A program made the position numbers and the translations under genes. Positions 17,719-25,276 of a DNA stretch of 33,898 nt are shown here, piece by piece; position 1 is the first letter of the stretch; each line of letters starts with the position of its first letter. The stretch is from the NCBI GenBank assembly GCA_964399795.1, contig CAYNTC010000001.1:1-33898 (forward strand). The letters are read 5' to 3'. The notes beneath the pieces were generated by a model. The model worked only from the letters and a program-made list of their open reading frames with translations, searched no databases and was not told the DNA's origin. Origin of the DNA: an uncultured Pirellulales bacterium (GTDB lineage: Bacteria; Planctomycetota; Phycisphaerae; Sedimentisphaerales; Anaerobacaceae).

Positions 17719-19908
17719 ATGCCCAAATCAAAGGTCATTTTTAATAGGAATCTTCGTGCATTATTCTGGGTTGTCGTTCTTGCTGGGGCTGTATATCTGA
17801 TCCTGCGAAACATTAATGTCTTTAGCAATGTGCTTATAGTCTTGCTCGGATTTGGTGCGGTGGTCTTAGTTCATGAGTTCGGCCATTTCATTGTTGCCAA
17901 GCTCTCCGGCATTAAGGTCGAGGCCTTTTCAATTTTCATGCCGCCGCTTTTTCTTGGTGTTCGTAGGACAAGCGAAGGATATCGATTTCGGATATTGCCC
18001 TGGCTATTTCCGAAAGAAAACGACGAGTCAGGCGATGGTTTGCTGAGCTTTACGCTCGGCAGGATAAACCAAAAAGAAGGAGAAACCGAATATCGTATTG
18101 GTCTTATCCCATTTGGTGGCTTCGTCAAGATGCTGGGCCAGGATGACACCGGACCGGTAAAGGCCATAGATGATCCTCGTTCGTTTGCAAACAAGCCGGT
18201 CAGCATTCGCATTCCAGTGATTGCAGCAGGTGTCACGTTCAATGTAATTAGTGCCTGCATTATTTTTATGATAGTATTTCTTGTTGGTATAAAGTTGCCA
18301 CCACCGATGGTTGGAGCGGTCGTTCCGGATTCGCCTGCAGCACGGGCCGGCTTGAAGCCGGGCGATGAGATAATTGAAATAGCCGGCAAAAGCAAGAACC
18401 TTGACTTCAGCAACATTCTGATAGCTGCAGCTTTGTCAGATGTTAAGCAAGCGGTTCCAATTAAGGTAAGGCACGAGGATGGCACTGAAGAGAGATTAAG
18501 CCTCGTGGCAGAGCAATTGCCCGGTGGGTCAATGCGAGATTTTGGCATTGATCAGCCTTTGAGTTTAACCGTAGCTAAGGTTTCGGATGCGAACACGCTG
18601 CGCGAGCTAACCAGTCTATTGCCCGGTGACAAGATAAAGTCTGTAAACGGAGAACAGGTGCAAACTCATTGGCAGTTTGAACAAATATTACAGACTACTT
18701 ATGCACCTGAAGCAACATTAGTTGCCGAACGACACCAAAGCAAAGGAACTACGGAGCTAATTGAAACAAAAATTCGGCTGAATCTTAGCTACGCCAACAA
18801 AGTGGAAGTCGATTCTGAGTCAGACCTCTGTCATCTCTATTCTATGGTACCGCGCCTGCGAATAACCGCTGTCGCACATAACTTAGACCTTGCGGAGCAA
18901 AAGCAGACATCTGCCCTCGACAAGCTGAAGAGTTTGTTCGCTAAATCAACGGAGAAGGAAAGTGAGGTAGATACCGAACCAACGTTACAATCTGGTGATA
19001 TTATTCTTGCGATTGGTGATATCGAGAATCCAACATACAAGGAAATGCGCGATGTCACCAAGAAACATAAAGATAAGAAACTGACAGTTCGAGTATTGCA
19101 TGAAGTTGAAAATGGTGTTGAAAAGAAACTTGACATCGACGTTATTCCCAGACGGCCACCTGGTAGTGACAGGGTAATGATTGGAATAGTAGTAGCCCTC
19201 GACGCCAAGCATCCTGTTGTGGCTAAGACTATCTCTGGTGGTGCTGGGCTGTCCCCGCTGGATATTCCGCGTGGCGCTACGATCACAGCTATTCAAGGGC
19301 GGGCGGTATCAGACTTCTACGATGTTATTCATCAACTCCGTCAAAATCATGGTCAAAAAGTACAGATTGGCTATCATCTTGAGGATGGAACTACAGGCAG
19401 AGTCATATTAGATACAACCGTTGCCCGAGAATCTATCGCTGTCATATCCTTTGCAGAGTATATTCCATTTGCGAGCCTGGAGAGACTTTATCAGGCGCCT
19501 GGTCCGGTTCAGGCGATTGCGATGGGATACAGAAAAACAGTAATGTTCATTGCGCAAACCTATGTGACATTAAAGCGCCTTATTGACGGAATTATCAGCC
19601 CAAAGGAGCTAATGGGCCCGGTTGGGATAATAGCATTTAGCTATCGCATTGTTACTGAGCAACCGATAGTTTACTATGTATACTTTCTCGGATTGATAAA
19701 TGCCAGTATAGCAGTGATAAACTTCCTGCCTGTGCCACCTTTTGATGGAGGTTTGGTTGTTCTATTGCTGGTTGAAAAAGCTAAAGGTTCTGCACTAAGT
19801 GAGCGTACACAAGGCGTTATAGCTTACACCGGCTGGGTTCTTATCGGAACACTTCTTCTTTACGTTACTTTCAATGATATTTTAAGGAATTTTTTCAGTT
19901 CAGTGTGA
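17719..19908 (+). CDS. rseP: RseP/RIP-type zinc metalloprotease (M50, site-2 protease) with an expanded PDZ region
   Basis: HEFGHF zinc motif in TM1, the C-terminal NFLPVPPFDGG motif, and four PDZ-like segments (LKPGDEIIEIAG, LLPGDKIKSVNGEQV, LQSGDIILAIGD, IPRGATITAIQGRAV). The ATG at 17719 is preferred over the track's TTG at 17716, with AAGAGG 8 nt upstream. dxr-rseP synteny is classical. Confidence 0.9.
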   Translation: MPKSKVIFNRNLRALFWVVVLAGAVYLILRNINVFSNVLIVLLGFGAVVLVHEFGHFIVAKLSGIKVEAFSIFMPPLFLGVRRTSEGYRFRILPWLFPKENDESGDGLLSFTLGRINQKEGETEYRIGLIPFGGFVKMLGQDDTGPVKAIDDPRSFANKPVSIRIPVIAAGVTFNVISACIIFMIVFLVGIKLPPPMVGAVVPDSPAARAGLKPGDEIIEIAGKSKNLDFSNILIAAALSDVKQAVPIKVRHEDGTEERLSLVAEQLPGGSMRDFGIDQPLSLTVAKVSDANTLRELTSLLPGDKIKSVNGEQVQTHWQFEQILQTTYAPEATLVAERHQSKGTTELIETKIRLNLSYANKVEVDSESDLCHLYSMVPRLRITAVAHNLDLAEQKQTSALDKLKSLFAKSTEKESEVDTEPTLQSGDIILAIGDIENPTYKEMRDVTKKHKDKKLTVRVLHEVENGVEKKLDIDVIPRRPPGSDRVMIGIVVALDAKHPVVAKTISGGAGLSPLDIPRGATITAIQGRAVSDFYDVIHQLRQNHGQKVQIGYHLEDGTTGRVILDTTVARESIAVISFAEYIPFASLERLYQAPGPVQAIAMGYRKTVMFIAQTYVTLKRLIDGIISPKELMGPVGIIAFSYRIVTEQPIVYYVYFLGLINASIAVINFLPVPPFDGGLVVLLLVEKAKGSALSERTQGVIAYTGWVLIGTLLLYVTFNDILRNFFSSV

Positions 19909-19973
19909 AAGCGATGCAACTGTAGTATATCATGGATGAATTTCTGATAGTCGAAAGGATTTGAGGCCTATAA

Positions 19974-21389
19974 ATGTTGGTTGATAAAGATATAAAAGAC
20001 GGCGTCAAGCAAAAGCCCAAGCAGTTGTATCAAGCAGTTGAATCAATCGGTCATGCGCCGCAAACAAGCGAAGAATATCACAAAGCGACACTCGATGTTC
20101 TACAACAGTCAGACATTGACGTTTATCGCTTAATCACACAAGAGTATGAACGACTGCAAAACAGCTTACAACTTATTGCGGCAGAGAATCTATGCTCACG
20201 AGCGGTCCTGGCAGCCCTTGGGTCTGTTGTACAAAACAAAACAACGGAGGGCTTTGTCGGGGCGAGGTGGCATGGCGGCTGTGAGGTTGTCGACCGCATA
20301 GAAATCCTGGCTGTTGAACGGGCTTGCCAAGCCTTTGGCGCACAATATGCAAACGTCCAGCCGCATTCGGGCAGCACAGCCAATCAAATCGTTTTCAAGG
20401 CCTTGCTCAAACCTGGCGATACGATTTTGAGTCTCGATGCTGGCCACGGAGGACATCCGTCACACGGCGGCGGCGATTCGCTTGCTCGGGAGATTTACAG
20501 GGTGGAATCTTACGGCGTCGAGCCGACGAGTTTTGTCTTTGACTATGAAAAAATCCTCGCAAAGGCCAAAGAGATTCAGCCCAGGCTCATTATGTGTGGT
20601 GCAAGCGCTTATCCGCGTATAATCGACTTCAAGAGGTTCCGTATTATCGCTGACGAGGTCGGCGCATATCTGCTGGCCGATATTTCTCACATTGCAGGCC
20701 AAGTGATATCTGGTGTTCATCCATCATCGATAAACGTTGCTCATGTCACTACTACCAGCACGTACAAGGCTGGCGGGCCTCGCGGCGGGCTGATACTTTC
20801 AGGAAATGATTATCAAATGCCAATTGAAACCGCATCCGGCAAGATCCCGCTTTCCGAAGCGTTGAACAGATCAACTTTTCCTGGATTACAGGGGACGCCA
20901 TATTTCAATAACATCGCGGCCAAGGCGGTATTTTTCAAGGAGACTTTGTCAGATACTTACCGGCAAAGGCAGTTAAAGGTCGTCGAAAACGCCAAAGTGC
21001 TGGCTCATAATCTAATCGCCAGCGGTTTTGACGTTCTTACCGGCGGCACGGATAATCACATGATTCTTGTTGATATTTGTCGCTCAGAGCCTGGCTTGAA
21101 TGGCATTATCGCCCAAAGAGTGTTTGAAGACTGTGGCATCGTTACGGATTCTTATCGCTTGCCTTATCAACGGCTCGACATACCACCTGGGGGTTTGCGT
21201 CTGGGCACGCCCATTGTCACGGTACGCCGAATGGGAGCAGAGCAGATGAAAACTATCGCTGCTTTTGCAAAGGCAGTGCTCGGGAATGTGCAAGCCACCG
21301 GCCCGGACAGTTTTGAAATAAACGCTTCTGTAACAGCACAAATTAAACAACAGGTAGCCCACTTCTGTAATGAGTTTCCGCTGGGTTAA
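19974..21389 (+). CDS. glyA: Serine hydroxymethyltransferase-family PLP enzyme, divergent
   Basis: Colinear with SHMT: LIAAENLCSRAV, GGCEVVD, ANVQPHSGSTANQ, GHGGHPSHGG, ADISHIAGQV, TTTSTYKAGGPRGGLIL, GGTDNHMILVD, GLRLGTP. GAGG lies 7 nt upstream of the ATG. See the findings for the non-canonical active-site residues. Confidence 0.85.
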   Translation: MLVDKDIKDGVKQKPKQLYQAVESIGHAPQTSEEYHKATLDVLQQSDIDVYRLITQEYERLQNSLQLIAAENLCSRAVLAALGSVVQNKTTEGFVGARWHGGCEVVDRIEILAVERACQAFGAQYANVQPHSGSTANQIVFKALLKPGDTILSLDAGHGGHPSHGGGDSLAREIYRVESYGVEPTSFVFDYEKILAKAKEIQPRLIMCGASAYPRIIDFKRFRIIADEVGAYLLADISHIAGQVISGVHPSSINVAHVTTTSTYKAGGPRGGLILSGNDYQMPIETASGKIPLSEALNRSTFPGLQGTPYFNNIAAKAVFFKETLSDTYRQRQLKVVENAKVLAHNLIASGFDVLTGGTDNHMILVDICRSEPGLNGIIAQRVFEDCGIVTDSYRLPYQRLDIPPGGLRLGTPIVTVRRMGAEQMKTIAAFAKAVLGNVQATGPDSFEINASVTAQIKQQVAHFCNEFPLG

Positions 21390-21585
21390 GAATTTTCGCT
21401 GCCCGATTGTGACACGGCGGGTAACACCCGAATTCGTCAAGAGTTTTTTGCCATCTCTGGGTCAATGCCCAACCGATTTGATAAACAGTCCCTACGGCTG
21501 CCAGAACAATTCCGTTTGAGAAAACAATTGTGGAAAATAACAAAACGGTGAGGCCGGCCACGCTATATTTGGTTATGGTTTTCAT
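21343..21585 (-). CDS. Possible small membrane protein (hypothetical)
   Basis: The N-terminal 40 aa are strongly hydrophobic (YSVAGLTVLLFSTIVFSNGIVLAAVGTVYQIGWAL). There is no SD, no recognisable family, and its 3' 47 nt overlap the convergent glyA-like gene. Weak call. Confidence 0.25.
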   Translation of the reverse strand: MKTITKYSVAGLTVLLFSTIVFSNGIVLAAVGTVYQIGWALTQRWQKTLDEFGCYPPCHNRAAKILNPAETHYRSGLPVV

Positions 21586-21648
21586 GAGTGTAAACTATCT
21601 TGTGCCGGAATTGGTGATTGATAGCAGAGTTTTCCTGATAATAGACTA

Positions 21649-21677
21649 TTGTCAAATCAGCAGAGAAATGCTATACT
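21649..21677 (+). promoter_or_regulatory. Sigma70-like promoter with extended -10, upstream of the nucleotidyltransferase-PLP fusion gene
   Basis: TTGTCA (21649..21654), a 17-nt spacer ending in TGc, then TATACT (21672..21677). This would give a ~345-nt leader to ATG 22029. Confidence 0.35.
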
Positions 21678-22028
21678 TCGCGGAAAACCCCGATAAGATA
21701 GACAGGATTTCATGGTCGGGCGAGCTATAATAAGAGGTTGCTGTAAGAGCAGGACCAAATGGTGAGCTGCGATGTGAAAAATATTAAATTGTAGAGTGTG
21801 GACGCGCTTAAACCCGGCCGTCTAAACTGCTGCGGATACGACCGGGTCGAAACCAGAGGAATAGACGAAGTTGCTGTAGATGGTGCTGTATTTGGACGTT
21901 ATATAGGCATTTTCTGGATTATCCGGTTTGTTAGATGGCGGTAATTAGAACCATAAGACATAACAGCAGACGGTTAGAAGCAAGTATCCCGGCTTTTATT
22001 GCAGCCGCAGTGTACAAGAGACGATAAT

Positions 22029-23900
22029 ATGCAAGCAGTGATCTTGGCAGCAGGCAGAGGAAACAGACTACGGCCAATCACCGACGAGAAACCCAAATGT
22101 CTTGTCGAAGTAAATGGAATCCCTTTGCTTATCAACGCTCTGGAAGCGTTAACGAAACGACCGGAAATAAAAGAGGTAATAATTGTCATCGGATATAAGG
22201 GAGAATTGATAGAACAGAGAGTCGGCCGAAAATACAATGAGACGGATGTAACTTATGTCACCAATAAAGACTGGAACACGACAAACAATATTTACTCATT
22301 GTGGCTGGCGATGGACAAAATCAAAGAGGACTTTTTACTGTTGGAAGGAGATATCTTTTTCGAGCATAGTATCTTGGACTTTGCATTTAGGACGAGAGAC
22401 AAGAATATAGTGTTCCTGTCGAAGTACCACTCGAGCATGTCGGGAACGGTAGTTGAGATTGGAGAGAGGGGCAGCAAGATAGCCTCCGGTACCTTGGTTG
22501 AAGCAGAGGACAGGGGCACGGCGATAAAAAGGTTGATTTCAGGCAGTGAACAGGGCCTGGATTTCGACTACTCTGACAAATTTAAGACCGTAAACATTTA
22601 CTACCTCAACTACGATTTCTTCGAGAAATACTTTCGGCCAAATCTGGACCTCTATATCAAAACACATGGCTCCGGCAGCTATTATGAGTTAATTCTCGGC
22701 TTACTCATTTATTTAAACACGCCTGACATTTATGGCTGCGTTGTGGATAACAAGAAATGGTATGAAATCGACACCGAGAACGACTTGGATATGGCCGATT
22801 ATCTATTTTCCAAAGGGGAAAAGGCGGATAAGCTTGCGAATTTGTACGGTGGTTATTGGCGATTCGATTTTCTGGACTTCTGTTTCTTGTTCAATCTTTA
22901 CTTCCCGCCTCAACATCTATATTCAAAACTGGGGTACGAATTGCCGCTGCTGATTAACAATTATCCCTCTGCTCAAAGCAGAATAGCCAGCCTTCTGTCG
23001 CAGTGGTACGCCGAAGAAGGTTTTGACAAGGAAAACATACTTGTGGGGAACGGAGCTTCAGAATTCATTAGAATCTTTAATAGGCATTTTGTGAAGACCG
23101 TAACCATACCGGTTCCCACTTTCAACGAATACGAAGACCTTGACCCTTCACAAGTCAACCTTGTCCAACTGCGGGAAGACAATGGATTTTCCCTGAATGC
23201 GGATGAGTTTATCAGTTCCGTTATTGAGTCAAACAGCAACTTCGCGGTTTTACTCAATCCAAACAACCCAACTTCGACGGTGACAGAAAGGGAGGATATT
23301 GTAAAAATATTAGAGAATCTGAAGCATTTAGACGGGGTTGTTGTTGACGAGTCATTCATAGATTTCACTGGGGACAGGGGACGATATTCGGTCCAGCCCT
23401 TAATAACCCGGTATTCAAACTTAATCGTATTAAGAAGCCTCAGTAAGGAATTCGGTATTCCAGGACTAAGGCTGGGATACGTTCTCTCTTCGAATGAGGA
23501 ATTTAGAAAGAAAGTGCGGAAATATCTGCCAATATGGAATATTAACTCGATTGCGGAACGGTTCATAGAACTATTTCCGAGGTACCAGAAGGAGTATGAA
23601 CAATCTATAAGACGGATAATGGACGACAGAGAAAACTTTTATCGCCAGCTAAGTGACACGGAAATATTGGAGCCCACCGACAGCAAGGCCAACTTTATTT
23701 TCTGTAAAGTGGTAAGCGACGGTATCGACAGTACAGAGCTAAGAAACAGACTTTTCACGGCTCATAATATTTTAATAAAGGATTGCTCTAATAAAACATC
23801 ACTGGGGAATAAATTCGTAAGAATAGCAGTACGAAGACAGGAAGAAAATAACTTGCTGGTCGAAGCATTGAGGCAAATCAAGCACGATATAGGTGGATGA
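22029..23900 (+). CDS. Bifunctional fusion: LicC-like (phospho-alcohol) nucleotidyltransferase plus CobD/HisC-like class I/II PLP enzyme (probable phospho-amino-acid decarboxylase)
   Basis: N-terminal domain: MQAVILAAGRGNRLRPITDEKPKCLV, NNIYSLWLA, LLEGDIFF, WYEIDTENDL. C-terminal domain: ILVGNGASE, LLNPNNPTS, VVVDESFIDF, VLRSLSKEFGIPGLRLGY (PLP Lys), VRIAVRRQEENNLLVEAL. The start is re-set from the track's TTG 21999 to ATG 22029, so that the Gly-rich loop sits at the N-terminus. Confidence 0.85.
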   Translation: MQAVILAAGRGNRLRPITDEKPKCLVEVNGIPLLINALEALTKRPEIKEVIIVIGYKGELIEQRVGRKYNETDVTYVTNKDWNTTNNIYSLWLAMDKIKEDFLLLEGDIFFEHSILDFAFRTRDKNIVFLSKYHSSMSGTVVEIGERGSKIASGTLVEAEDRGTAIKRLISGSEQGLDFDYSDKFKTVNIYYLNYDFFEKYFRPNLDLYIKTHGSGSYYELILGLLIYLNTPDIYGCVVDNKKWYEIDTENDLDMADYLFSKGEKADKLANLYGGYWRFDFLDFCFLFNLYFPPQHLYSKLGYELPLLINNYPSAQSRIASLLSQWYAEEGFDKENILVGNGASEFIRIFNRHFVKTVTIPVPTFNEYEDLDPSQVNLVQLREDNGFSLNADEFISSVIESNSNFAVLLNPNNPTSTVTEREDIVKILENLKHLDGVVVDESFIDFTGDRGRYSVQPLITRYSNLIVLRSLSKEFGIPGLRLGYVLSSNEEFRKKVRKYLPIWNINSIAERFIELFPRYQKEYEQSIRRIMDDRENFYRQLSDTEILEPTDSKANFIFCKVVSDGIDSTELRNRLFTAHNILIKDCSNKTSLGNKFVRIAVRRQEENNLLVEALRQIKHDIGG

Positions 23901-23901
23901 C

Positions 23902-25155
23902 ATGAAAAAAGAAAACCTTATATTAGTGACGATGGATGCTGTTAGGCCGGACAGGCTCAGTTGCTACGGATATGGAAAGATAAAAACGAAAGGTATTGAC
24001 TCTATAGCTGCTGAAGGGGTGCTTTTCAAGAACGGTATTGCCACCTCTTGTTTAACGCCGGTCGCCTGTGCTTCCATACTTTCCGGCAAATGCCCTGATA
24101 AAACTAAACTCAGAGACCCTTTTGGCGTGGTCGAAACGACGATAATCTCAGAGATGCTCAACCAGTATGGATATAAGACGGCGGGGTTCGTCGGTGTAGA
24201 CTTAATAGATTCGCGGCACCATTTCCACAAAGGTTTTGATTTATTCGATGAGCCCACTGAGGCAGACAGTTTTCACACAATGTGGTTCAGGGGGGACAAA
24301 AAAGAGCTTAAGGCCACGTTGGGGAGCTGGTGGATTGACAGAATGTTCAAATGGCTAAAAGATAACGCCAATGAAAATTTCTTCATCTGGTGCCACTATT
24401 TCCATGTGCACTTTCTGGCGGAGAAGGAACTACTCTACTCGGGAAAACTCAATAGTGACGAGTTGTCTGATTATGCGTATTATGACGCTAAAGTAAAGTA
24501 CATGGACGAACAGTTGTTTCAGCCTCTGGTTGATACTCTGAAAGATTTGGACATTTGGCATAATACCACCGTGGTGGTTACAAGCGACCACGGAGAAACT
24601 TTGGGGACGAAACAGCCTACCTGGAAAACTTTTTACATCGAATACCCGCAACATAAGACGATGTACGAGGCTGACTTAAAGGTGCCGCTGATAATCAAGA
24701 ATAGCAATTTGCAGAGCATGAAGATAGACCATACTGTCAGATCCATAGACATAGTGCCAACTCTTGTTGACTTACTGGATATTCCGACCGCTGAGACATT
24801 TGATGGCATAACTTTAACACCGCTGTTCAAAGGACAGAAATTGCCGGAACCGATCGCTTACTGTGAAGAATTATTTGAGAACAGAGGTGCCGGTTCCCTA
24901 CAAGCTGTTCGAACAGTATGCTATAAGTTGATACGTAACCTTACGAGAAACAAGCTGGAATTCTACAACTTGCAGAAGGATGCTGAAGAAAAACAGAATA
25001 TTATAGAAACATGTTCCCCAAAGGAAAAAGAAACCGCTCAGCAATTCGAGAAAATCATGGACAAGCTTCTTGCCGGTTATGTGGCTGGTTCAGTTCTTAG
25101 CAAGGAAGATAAAAAGCAAGTGGAAGAAAGGCTGCGCTCTCTGGGTTATATATAA
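23902..25155 (+). CDS. Sulfatase-family (alkaline-phosphatase superfamily) enzyme, no signal peptide or TM, non-canonical nucleophile motif
   Basis: LVTMDAVRPDRLSCYGYGKIKTKGIDSIAAEGVLFKN is colinear with sulfatase N-termini (D..lgcYG...i.TPnlD.LAaeGv.F.n), and VVVTSDHGETLG is present. The ATG at 23902 is 2 nt after the stop of the fusion gene, with AGGTGG 5 nt upstream, which indicates translational coupling. The track's GTG at 23893 is less likely. Confidence 0.8.
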   Translation: MKKENLILVTMDAVRPDRLSCYGYGKIKTKGIDSIAAEGVLFKNGIATSCLTPVACASILSGKCPDKTKLRDPFGVVETTIISEMLNQYGYKTAGFVGVDLIDSRHHFHKGFDLFDEPTEADSFHTMWFRGDKKELKATLGSWWIDRMFKWLKDNANENFFIWCHYFHVHFLAEKELLYSGKLNSDELSDYAYYDAKVKYMDEQLFQPLVDTLKDLDIWHNTTVVVTSDHGETLGTKQPTWKTFYIEYPQHKTMYEADLKVPLIIKNSNLQSMKIDHTVRSIDIVPTLVDLLDIPTAETFDGITLTPLFKGQKLPEPIAYCEELFENRGAGSLQAVRTVCYKLIRNLTRNKLEFYNLQKDAEEKQNIIETCSPKEKETAQQFEKIMDKLLAGYVAGSVLSKEDKKQVEERLRSLGYI

Positions 25156-25276
25156 AACCCCCAACTTTTCTTGAGAACTCGTGTTCAAAACCGGAAACCG
25201 GGCATCTGTTTCTGGAGGACGAAAGCCGAACACGGGCGGATGTTTCTCGCAGCCCCATGTCAGCTAAGCATCTATT

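Noticed and set aside
17871-18548. 225-aa minus-strand ORF inside rseP. Similar long antisense ORFs occur at 6758..7189 (carB), 13110..13553 (guaB), 18837..19286 (rseP), 22973..23566 (fusion gene), and 32283..32846 and 32495..33010 (GT2).
   Set aside because: Each lies entirely antisense within a CDS that has strong family motifs. They are low-complexity Ser/Pro/Arg-rich translations typical of antisense frames, with no recognisable motifs.
23902-25155. Calling this ORF a genuine sulfatase.
   Set aside because: There is no CxPxR/SxPxR formylglycine motif at the expected spacing, no signal peptide, and no FGE or anSME gene nearby. The family assignment is kept, but sulfatase function is not asserted.
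25180-25235. Inverted repeat CGTGTTC…GAACACG in the 121-bp convergent gap between the sulfatase-like and flippase-like genes, considered as a bidirectional terminator.
   Set aside because: It is only a 7-bp stem with a ~42-nt loop and no flanking T or A runs. Not convincing as an intrinsic terminator.
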